A stretch of 64,000 nucleotides of DNA from Cyanophora paradoxa CCMP329 (lineage: Eukaryota > Plantae > Glaucophyta). The position numbers and the translations under genes were made by a program. Below the pieces are notes generated by a model. The model did not search any database. It saw nothing but the letters and a program-made list of their open reading frames with translations, and had not been told where the DNA came from. The stretch spans positions 1 through 64,000 of the forward strand of contig QPMI01000614.1 of NCBI GenBank assembly GCA_004431415.1. The letters are read 5' to 3'. Of this stretch, positions 1 through 9,988 are shown in pieces. How positions within the stretch are numbered: the first letter of the stretch is position 1; every line of letters starts with the position of its first letter.

Positions 1-896
1 CGGAGGCGCGCTGGGACGATGCGGCGTTCAGCGCCGTCTGGGGCGTCGGGGACAACGCGCTCTCGCCCCCCGCCCCGTTCGGCTTCAGCGGGCGGCCCGC
101 GCTGGCGTTCGACGAGCACGGCCTCCCCGAGCTGGCGGACTGGGACGTCCCGGCGCCGGTGCCCGCGCCCTTCCCCCTTCCTCTCCTCCTCGGCCCCTCT
201 CACCGCCTCCTCCAGCCCCCGGCGTCCTCGGCTCCGGCGTCCTCGGCTCCGGCGTCCTCGGCTCCGGCGTCCTTGGCTCCGGCGCCCTCGGCCCCGGCCC
301 TCTGCCCCACCTACGGAGAGAGGTGTGCCCACCGCGCCGATTGCGCCCTCAACGGCTCCCACCTCCTGCCCGCCAAGAAGGCCCGCCTCGGCCTCTTCTC
401 ACCCCACCCTCTCAGCCCGGTGAGTGACTCTGAATCGGAGGGCTCGGAGGCCTATAGCACGCCCCGCGACCCCGACGCCCCGCCCCACAAGGCCGGCGCC
501 TTCGGCTTCTGTAAGTGACGCCCCCACGCAGGCCCTGCCGACGCCGCCCGTCGCCAACCGCGAGCCCCTCGTCCAGGTGAGTGCCCGGGCTGCCGCGAGT
601 GGCGGCTCGAGAACTTCTCGGCTCAGGTCCCCGCCACGCAGCAGGCCCGCGCGATCCCGGCCTCGCCGCCCGTCGTCCCCGTCGCCGTCGCCGTGGAGGG
701 CGGCGTCTTCGACATGGAGCTGGAGCCGGCGCCCTCGCAGGCCTCGCTCGCCTCGGCGCGCTCGGCGGCCCTCGCCACGCAGGGCTCGGCCGCCCCGGGC
801 TCGCCGCCGCCGTCGCAGGCCTCGGCCGTCGCCAACTCGCCGTACGATGACATGCCGCCGGTGCTCAGCCCCGAGGACGACTTCCCGGGCCACTGA
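1..896 (+). CDS. 3' part of a spliced, low-complexity (Pro/Ala/Ser-rich) hypothetical protein
   Basis: Frame 3 is open from the window edge (EARWDDAAFSAVWG...PASSA repeats). GTAAGT/GTGAGT donors near 511 and 577 with CAG acceptors. Last exon ...DDMPPVLSPEDDFPGH* ends at 896. No recognisable domain. Confidence 0.5.
219..293 (+). repeat. 15-bp coding minisatellite (CCGGCGTCCTCGGCT)x5 encoding PASSA
   Basis: Five near-identical tandem copies read directly. Confidence 0.9.
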
Positions 897-1219
897 ACGA
901 CACTGAGACGGTGAGCGCAGGCCCGCCCCGCCCTCCGGCCCCTCTCCGAGCAAATGGTCCACAACGCCATAGTGGACGCCATGTGGGATAACAGGGGCCG
1001 CCTCCCCCACCCATTCCGCTACGTCTCTATGGCCCTCCGCGGCCTCGCCTTCCCGCCCCCCTGCACCGAGCAGCTCAACCAAATCCTGCGCGGTCTGATT
1101 CATTACAGACTCGCCTACCCGGCCTGGGCCTGAGCTACACCAAGCTACGGTGAGTCCGACCAAGAGACGTGTCTGGACCCTCCCTACTTTCTTTATAGAT
1201 TATTGGAAAGGTCCGGACA

Positions 1220-1875
1220 CTAGAGGAGGGCGTACAACTTAAACTCGCGCAGCGCCGCCTGCTCCTCGCTGAGGTTCTCTGACTTCATTCGATCGCTGTA
1301 GGGCTCGGGCGGAGTTCCAGCCTTGACGTGCATCCAAAATAGATGTAAGCACTTCCTCATGAGCTCGATGTACCTCTCGTCCCGTCTGACGTACCACGTT
1401 TGCACGCACAGAGGAGTGAAGCAAAAAAGTTCGGCCCACTCGCGGCCCGTGATGTCCAGAAGTCCTTGCAGTTGAGGCATTATAATAGGTAGGAACTCTA
1501 TCATAAAGTTCGCCCTTGTACGGGCATTTCACCTCTAAAATTCTATCATTTCCTATAAGTCCGTCGGGACTACCGGCGAGGAACGCATTTCTTTATGTTC
1601 GTGCAGTCCAGTATGTTTAATGTCAACGTTATCGTTCAGTGCCTTGTAGATAGAGACCGCGAGGGGCTTCATAGTCATGCCCATAGGTTAGGGCAGGGTT
1701 GTCAAAGTTGTTTTCCTCCGCTATCCCGCTTAGCTCCGCCCACAGGCGGGCCCTGGATTTCCAGGGGTTTATGCCGCACGCAGCCGCAAAATTAGATGCA
1801 GTTAGTTTTTCACGGCGCGCCGCGTCCACGCTGCGCTCCCCTGTTGCAAAGTCTCGCAATTTGTATCGTATGCAT
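1220..1875 (-). pseudogene. YqaJ-like viral recombinase / lambda-exonuclease family nuclease, intronless, broken by about 4 single-base frameshifts (pseudogene or assembly indels)
   Basis: Joining frames gives LQQGSAAW/AARREKLTASNFAAACGINPWKSRARLW...ALTYGHDYE/LAVSIYK...TGLHEH/FLAGSPDGLIG..ILEVKCPY...VPTYY/MPQLQGLLDITGREWAELFCFTP...LFW. This covers the QxSxxW, LTAS, SPDG, ExKCP and YxxQ motifs of the PD-(D/E)xK YqaJ family. Confidence 0.9.
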
Positions 1876-1925
1876 AGCGTAGCCTCGCAGTAGCGTTTAG
1901 AATTTCTTGATGTGTGCAATTGCAA

Positions 1926-3410
1926 ATGTCGGATGCAGAGGAAGCGCCCAGGGACGTGATCGCACAGTTCATAGATCAGGTCAAGACCTTAGACGCTGGT
2001 GGTAGAGCAGGCCTCGCGACCGAATCGACAGCGCCAACCCTGGCCGGTGCTAGAGCTGGCCCGGGCAGGGTGGCTAGACACGCATTACAACTCTGGCGGG
2101 GCCCTTTACGTTCGGAGCCACGACGAGGGCAGGATTATCGACGAGTTCAAGCGCATCTGGTTCGCCCTGGGCTCCAAGCTCAGCATACTCTCGACCCTCC
2201 CGGACCACATTCGCATGCAAATCCTCGAGTGGTACGCGAAGGCAAGGGACTCGCAATGGGACGACGTAAATTTGCGCGACCTCTCGCGCTTGCGCTCGCT
2301 GTGACGGCGTATGTCACAAACTATGATTATCACGTCAAAAGCCCCAATTCGAAGTTGAGCCAATTCCGATGAATCTGGTACCCCTGGATGGGAAGAGTAC
2401 CCCGAGTACTCGTGAACAGGGGCCTCAACCCCCCGCGCCAGCCCTGCCAGCCCCGCCCGCCCCACCGATAAACGCCCCCGCCCCGCGTGACGTCAGACGG
2501 ACATACGCGAATGGGAGGAGTGAGCAACGACCCGAAGAACTGGCTACCCGGGAGGCGGGAGATGCGGAAGCGCGCGAGGCTGATGCCCGGCGACAGGTAC
2601 CCCGACCGCGAGTAGGGGTACAGGTATAAATTCTCACCGAGCCGCGAGCATGGCGCGAAACACGCGAGTCCGACGTGCTGTACAACAACGGCGACCTGGA
2701 CGGGGAGATTCGACAGCGGAACGTGGACTTGGAGGATGCGAACGCAGTGCTGGAGGGGAGGCGCACGTCCTCAGGGGGCGGCTCGCCGGCGGAGAACTTC
2801 ATGGAGCGCGTGCTCTACCTTGTGCGCTGGATTAGAGACGAATTCCACGACGAGCGAGAGCTCCCGGACAGGGAGATGATCAGGGCCGCGGGCTTGATGG
2901 TATGACAGAGAACCGAGATCGTACCTGAGGCGCGAACGCAGGGATCTGAACGGCGATTGGGCCGACCTGCAAGCGCTGTGGACGGCCTTTGCGAACCGCA
3001 AGAGCCAGATCTTGCCCTGCCCGCGCAGGTACAGCAGCGTATCATTGATTTCGTAGCCCCCTGGCGCGACGAGTCCCTCCAGCAGCCATTCATGCACCAC
3101 GCTTCCTCTCGGGCTCAGGAGCGCGTTCTTCCACTTGGCCGTGAGCAGCGACCGGTATTTCACACCGCAGAGGATCGTTCACGGCGAATTCGGCATACCC
3201 CCCGAGTGGCTGAATTTTGCCACCGTACCCCCTTCCCCACCCCGCCTCGAAGGCCCCCCTCCCCTACCCCCGAGCAGCGTGAGTCACTCAAGCGTCAGAG
3301 GGAGGTACGCGAATGGATGGACGACACCAGCCACTGGGTACAGGGCGAGGCCGAATTACGCAAGTTCGGAAGGTTCGGGCAGTAACAGCGGGGGTACAGC
3401 ATTCAGTTAG
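1926..3410 (+). pseudogene. Cluster of about 3 short, intronless, apparently frameshifted ORFans (1926-2304, about 2370-2905, about 2900-3400)
   Basis: Protein-like stretches (MSDAEEAPRDVIAQFIDQVK; RIIDEFKRIWFALGSKLSILSTLPDHIRMQILEWY; NFMERVLYLVRWIRDEF; LPAQVQQRIIDFVAPW) jump between frames. Lower GC than host genes and no introns seen. No family recognised. Confidence 0.45.
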
Positions 3411-3894
3411 AGCCTGAGCATCGTTAGAGGCCGGGAGCCCCCCGAGGGTACACCGGCTGTTACTCCCGCGTCGGTTAGTGCTAGCCCCCCTGTTAGTGCA
3501 GCGTGTACCTGATCGCAATATAACACCCAAACCTCCGCGACGCGTGACTCATGCAACCTCCGAGGGTTAACAATGCATTGACAGCGAAGGGCAAGCTCGA
3601 GAGCTCAACGCTTCACAAAGGCCCACCTATATATATCCAGGTTCTCAAAGTCCCTACGCCCTGACCTAGCATGTGGGGCCTTCGACACAGATTTTCCCGA
3701 GGCGTAGGGGTGGGGCTCGTGAGGGTGGTGTGGACCCGGGGGATGTGGCATCAGGAACAAGTTGATGGAAAAAAAAGCATGAGTATCATTTCGAATCGAT
3801 GAGCAAGAAATTACGAAGGGGAAGAAATCCAACTTCACGCTGTCAATGGAATGGGATCAGATCTGCACTAAGTCCCTGAGTCCTGGAGAGCACA

Positions 3895-4901
3895 AGCCCC
3901 GAGCTCTCGCGGACTGCGCCCCGCGGACATCTGCGGGCGGACATCTCAGAGATAGTTGCGAGAGCCGCCCGGCCGCGCCGCCGCTCACCTGGCCCGAAGA
4001 GCGAGGCCCGCCGGACGAGCCCCGAGCTCTCGATCCGCTTCGGCGCCCTGCGGGCTGCGGGCGCGCGCTACGGAGGGCATCTGCGTGAGGATATATCTCA
4101 GAGATCGTTGCGAGAGCCGTCCGGCCGCGCCGCCGGCTCACCTGGCCCAAAAGACCCGCCGGACGAGCCCCGAGCTCTCGATGCGCTTGGGCGCCCCGCG
4201 GGCTGCGAGCGCGCGCTACGGAGGGCATCTCAGAGATCGTTGCGAGAGCCGTCCGGCCGCGCCGCCGGCTCACCTGGCCCAAAGAGCGAGGCCCGCCGGA
4301 CGAGCCCCGAGCTCTCGATGCGCTTGGGCGCCCCGCGGGCTGCGGGCGCGCGCTACGGAGGGCATCTGCGTGCGGATATCTCAGAGATCGTTGCGAGAGC
4401 CGTCCGGCCGCGCCGCCGGCTCACCTGGCCCAAAGAGCGAGGCCCGCCGGACGAGCCCCGAGCTCTCGATGCGCTTGGGCGCCCCGCGGGCTGCGAGCGC
4501 GCGCCACGGAGGGCATCTGCGGGTGCATATCTCAGAGTCCGTTGCGAGAGCCGGCCGGCCGCGCAGCCAGCTCACCAGGCCCGAAGAGCGAGGCCCGCCA
4601 GACGACCCCCGAGCTGTCGATCCGCTTGGGCGCCCTGCGGGCTGCAAACGCGCGCTACGGAGGGCATCTGCGGGTGCACATCTCAGAGACCGTTGCGAGA
4701 GCCGCCCGGCCGCGCAGCCGGCTCACCTGGCCCAAAGAGCGAGGCCCGCCGGACGAGCCCCGAGCTCTCGATGCGCTTGGGCGCCCCGCGGGCTGCGAGC
4801 GCGCGCTACGGAGGGCATCTGCGGGTGAATATCTCAGAGACCGACGCGAGAGCCATTCGGCCGCGCCGCCGGCTCACCTGGCCCAAAGAGCGAGGTCCGC
4901 C
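3895..4901. repeat. Tandem repeat array, 151-bp unit, about 6.5 copies
   Basis: Anchor ATCTCAGAG at 3943, 4095, 4227, 4378, 4529, 4680 and 4831 (periods 152, 132, 151, 151, 151, 151). Whole units are similar, with no unique spacers. Confidence 0.95.
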
Positions 4902-6103
4902 GTCTGTGAAGGAACCCGTGAGACTTCAAGTGAACCTGCCGGGCGGGGCGAGCGCACCATGCACGATGTGAAGAAGACAGTCTTCAAGTGAGCACTTGCC
5001 GTCCGGAGGGCATTGATAGCCCAAGGCAGGGCGAGCTTTTTCAGTTCGCCTGAATCGGACGTCCCACTGCGGCCAGCGCGGTCAGGGCGGCCAGCGCAGA
5101 GCCATCCAAGCAATAGCGTACGTATACATCCTCTGATGCTTCAAGGAGCCGATCGTCTATCCAGGCCGGCCAGCGAGCCAGAGGCGCGCGATGGGAGTGT
5201 TAAAGCTCTGCGCGGTCCGTGAACGCGGCGCAAGACCGCGGCGCGTGAATAAGCGGATCGGGAGGGATGAACGATGTTGCAAGCAGCGGTGCGGGCGCGA
5301 TGTCAGCCGCGGGCGCAGAGCTCGTGGAATTCACCTGAAGGCGCTCTCTCCCGACCGGCGCCCGGTCCCGAAAGGCAACAGAACTGTGCTGCTGCCTCGC
5401 GACTGCGTCTGTTGTGCGCTGCACCTGCAGACTGCGCTTTACGAGCAGCTGTGGGCCCCCGTTGCGTATACCCCCCACGGGTTTTTTTAGATCCGCGGTT
5501 CGAACGTCAACATTAACGCGGCCCGAATTCGAAAGCTAGCGCGAGTCAAGGCCTCGCGCGCAGTCGGGAGTTGAAAAACGCATCCGCGCTCATTTTCGGG
5601 TGCCCGGCGGCGCGCTCCGGCGACATGCATGGACGTCGACTTAACTTGCATGCATATGCACGATGTATGTCCCCGTTCTCGGCAGCCGGGCAAGCTACGG
5701 GCTTGCCGCTAGCTCGAGCGCGTAGCTATATAGAGGAGGCCTTTCCCGGTTGTCTCCAATTTTTGCAACTCGTTCCGGTGGGCAATCCCGGTCGTGGCCA
5801 CAGGGAAACCGATTTGACGAGGCGGCATATGAAGGGGTATATACAAATTGAGCCGTTGGCGAATATTCCAGGACTAGGAATGTAATTGGGGAAGGGAAAA
5901 TCACTTCCCCTGTCCCTGTCCCTTGGGCCCAACCCTACCCAAAATCCCATTTCCCCGACCTCCGCAAAACCCGGGCCGCGCGGTATATCCTGAAAGCGCA
6001 TCTCAAGGGGACCCCGAAACCGTGTCTCCCGGTCCCTTCCGACCAAAGGGTGATCCACGAACAGGCACCAACACCCGGGACAAAAACGGGTCCAGCGAGG
6101 CAT

Positions 6104-7579
6104 ATGGAGCAGATATACGGGCCGGACCAGTTCGAGGTCAATGCTTGCATTATGCCCGACATTCCGTACTGCAAGAGCGAGGCCGGGCGCGAGCGCGGTC
6201 GCGTAGGAGGACGCCGCGCGTGCTAGCCAATCGCATTGGAGAGTGCGAACTTACCCTGCAAAAACCTCTTCGAGTACCCCAGCAAGTCGCGCGGGAAATG
6301 CTGTCGAGCAGCGCGCTGGGAGGACGCCGCGGGCAGCGGTGGCGCGAAGCCACCGCCCGGCATCGCAATTGGAGTCGACATCGAGCCAGCTAGCCAGCCC
6401 TGCGGCCTACCGGGTTGTGGCGGGTCTAGGCGCCAATACGGCGGCAAGTGCCTCCACTGTGCCCAGCATTTCTGCACGAGAGACGCGCTTTACAGTCATG
6501 TGCTGCGATGTAGACATCCGGCGGCAAGCAGCGCAGCCGTGAAAACCCGGGCAGCTGGCGCCCACGCGTTCAGCGAGCGGCCTGAGTGCGGGGACTGTCA
6601 GCAGAAGAGCAAAGCCACCGGCAGCAAAGACGTGTGGGGCTGTGACCTCTGCGCTGCCCACTTCGTGCGCTTCGGCCCGGCGAAGGTGGTGGCACACCAC
6701 GCAACTGCATCCTGTGAAAAGAACAGCTTACGTGGTACGCGGTCATTATGCTTTCGCAGCGTTCGAAACTTACCTTTTCGCTACGTGTATACGCTGTCGC
6801 AGATGAGCCGGAGCTGCAGAGCATCGCTGCGCGCGCGGAAGCCGCGACCGCCGCCTCAGCGCCTGTACACGTCGGTCCGCGAGGCGCACCAAGTGCTCGA
6901 CTTGCGATGCAAGCTCACAGCGCTCAATCGCAGAGCACGGGCAGCCGGCTGCTGCGGGATCGATTCCGCCTGCTGGCAGTCACAACCTCGCCTCGCGGCG
7001 CGGCTGCAATCGCTGCACGGACAAGCAGCTGCAAGCGGCGGCCGGTGCGAACGTCTGGGCTGCGACTACTGCGGCGAGCACTACGTCGGCTACAAACCAT
7101 CGCGCGTACACGCGCATTTCAAGACTTGCAAGAAGCGAGGCACAGCCAGTGCAGGTAAGCCAGGCCAGTGCACAGCTCTCTAGCCTGCGCTGCCGCACAT
7201 CTCATTCCTATACTTTCCTTTGCACAAGAAGAGTCTGGGCAGGCGAATGATGATGGCAGAGGTGAGCACCGATTAGTAATCTGTGCCAAAGCATGCTGCT
7301 CACTCCAATTTTGCAGGCGAGAACACAGTCTCCGATGAAGCGCATAGCCAGAACGGCTTTTGTGCATCTCAGAGTTATGTGAATCATGACCATCGTGATT
7401 CCCTTGTCCCTGAAAACCCTGAATCCCCAAGGGCGGAGAGAAGACCAAGGCCGTGCAGTGACAGTGCAGTCCCGCACGGGGCTGCCAAACTGCAGCCCCC
7501 CCCGCCCATTTTGTGCGAGTCTTGTGCGCGCTGTGAATGCCAAGCCACTGCAGTGCAACAGTCCCGTTCACATGATTAA
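6104..7579 (+). CDS. Cys/His-rich protein with three C2HC (BED-like) zinc-finger modules
   Basis: ATG 6104 MEQIYGPDQFE, intron, PIALESANLPC. Modules CLHCAQHF..YSHVLRC, CDLCAAHF..AHHATASC and CDYCGEHY..HAHFKTC. 3' exons uncertain. Confidence 0.6.
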
Positions 7580-8722
7580 ATTCCCTTCCCCGGACCCAAC
7601 TGACGCGCGCGGCAAGTCAGTGGCTCTTTTATATATAGCTAGTAGCTGTCTGGCTAGCAGTGGGCCACCGGTCGAATCCATGGGCTCAGTCAGATAGGCA
7701 AGTGACGTCGAGAATCGAAATCGAATACCGAAGCTCGAGATCGAAACCTATAAATAGCTATAGCTAGGTCTACTTACCCTACCGCAGTAAGATCAAAAGA
7801 TCAAAGTGCGGGCCGTGCCCGGAGGCTCGCCCGCGGCCGTTCCCGCCACGGACTGGCCGCTAAGGGAGAGGAATGCTGCCCGAGGGGGCCGGAACCCCAA
7901 TGAGCCCCGGACCGGGAGACCGGTACCGTGCCCCATATGCATCCAGCTCGAGCTCACCCTCGTCGAGGCCCGCACCCCGCCCGCCCCGCCCCCTCCCCCG
8001 CCGACCCCGCGGGGTCCGGCAGGTCACCGGGTCTTGTAGAGGGCATGGCCCATGCAGAGGGCTGGCCCATGCAGAGGGCATGGCTTAATAAGGGAGTAGA
8101 AGCCGAGGGCCTAGCGAAGGGCTAGAACCTGAGAATACAAGCCGAAGAGCCGAGCGAGTCGGAAAAGTGGATGGCACAGCTAACAGAACGGGGGAAGAGA
8201 TTCTCAAATGCATGATAATGAATGAGCAGGCAGAGGGGGGAAGGAAATGTCCAACTCGCTAAAGTGCCGGGACGCGACTGGCGCGAGCCCGTCAAAACGT
8301 TGCGAGCTGTTGATAGTATCCGCAGCGTGACAAGACCCAGGGCACAGGAGAGCCGAGAAGTCAATCAGAACTGCGCTTACAACCCCGTCCAATCCATACC
8401 TTATCTGCGCCGCTTAACTTGTAAGTGATGTGCACGGGCACTGCACGCCTCACCCAGAATCACTGAGGCTCTCTGGAAAAGAAATTCGGCGGAAAGAGAA
8501 GGAAAGAAGACTTTGTATTGGAGACTGGCGGCTCGCTTCGGTCGGAAGCCCGGGCTATCGGTCTAAGTGCTGGAGGAGCCCGGCGGCACAAGACAGAACA
8601 CTAGGCGACTGGACGAAGAATCGACTTACGAAGCTTCCATTGTGAACATGTACAAGCAAAGCCCTTAGAAAGAAGGGTCACTGCAGAACCAACTGCCCAC
8701 CTAACGCCCAGGGATGCAATGA

Positions 8723-9498
8723 TCACCGGCGACGGCGCGGGGGAGATGTCCTGCGCAGGCAGTGAGTAAAGGGCGGCAAAATAACAGGCGACGCATCTAT
8801 AGAGCATGCAACTGCGGGGAGAAACGCACCGGCGCCGCTGGGTGGTCTTCCGGCGGATGGGGCCCTTGGAGAAGGCCCAGTCAACCTGCACGGTCTGCTC
8901 GAGCAGCGTTGCCCCGTTCATCTCAGATATCGCCGCCTGCGCCTCGTTGAACTTCTCGTACTCGACCAGAGCGTAGCCCTGAGCAGATGCGTGGCCGCAT
9001 GGGCGGGGGTTGGTGAGTACTCGCACGGCGAAGGCGTGGGGACGGGGTTCGCTAGCTGACCTTCACGAAGCCGGTTCTGCGATCGAGGTTGAGGTGAAGG
9101 TTCTTGACCTCGCCGAACTCGGAAAACTTCTCAAAGATGTCATCCTCCTGGGCCTCCTCATGCACGCCAGTTACCATCACGATCCATCCCTCGACAGCTA
9201 ATCAAGCGAAAGAAGAACAACCGGAGAGGCAAGGCGCGAAGACGAAGTCAGCCGAGGAACCATTGCGCGAGGAACAACGGGGCTCACATCGTTGGGGACC
9301 CGGGCCACTGCCGCTATCCGGAATGGACTCGAAGACGCCGCCGCGACCGGCGTACCGCTCCTTCGCCTCGACGTCCATGGCAGAGTTGTTCGCGCCTCGG
9401 CCCTTGATCTTCCGGCCTGCGGCATCGTGTCCGCGGCGAGGTGCCGCCTCCGCACCCTCGTCGAGCATCTCATCTTCCAGCTGCTCGTCGTCCGCCAT
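8723..9498 (-). CDS. RBM8A: RNA-binding protein 8A / Y14 (exon junction complex), 4 exons
   Basis: KIKGRG, GPQR|[20 protein letters not shown]...[13 protein letters not shown]|GYALVEYE...VQVDWAF. GT-AG introns 9287-9198, 9060-8979 and from 8829. Ends RTSPPRRRR*. Confidence 0.97.
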
Positions 9499-9988
9499 GT
9501 TGTCTTGAGTATGACTGTACCCGGGCAAGAATCGTCCCCCTGGGTTTGCCGCGAAAACTTTGCACCTGTCTTAGCTGGAGACGCCCGCGTCTCAACTGCC
9601 CAGGAAGAGAGGATAGAGAAGCGCAACTCAGGTTCGAGCTCGACCGCGAGTGAAGGACGACTGACAAGTTTCAAAAAACCACTTGTCAGCTCGCCCTTCT
9701 CGGCATGCCGGCCTGAGGCGCTTGGTGCAGGCGTTACGTACTCCTGCAGATATCCAATTTCCGCCCGAACATAGACTGAAGCCGTTCGAGGGTCCCTTCA
9801 ACGGACCAACGACACCGGTCAATCGCGTACCCGTCAAATTCAGTGGCTTCCCAATCGAACGCGCCAAGCGCGGGAGCGACTCACGACAGCAGCCAGTGAA
9901 GCCCACCATCTCCGATAGTCACTTCTAGCGTATAGGGCGGATTGCCCGGCGCCGGAGGCTCGTGAAGCTTTTCCCGCTGGCCGAGGTG

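Noticed and set aside
3895-4901. CRISPR array
   Set aside because: Whole 151-bp units repeat with no unique spacers, no cas genes are present, and the context is eukaryotic.
5571-5885. HUH/CRESS Rep (HMKGYIQ resembles motif II)
   Set aside because: No motif I, YxxK motif or helicase domain, and the ORF is short with a non-ATG start.
7403-7430. Telomere-like repeat (CCCTGAA x2)
   Set aside because: Only two imperfect units, inside a probable exon.
5888-7591. TIR transposon enclosing the zinc-finger gene (GGGGAAGGGAA / TTCCCTTCCCC)
   Set aside because: Only 11 bp of low-complexity match over 1.7 kb, with no TSD and no transposase.
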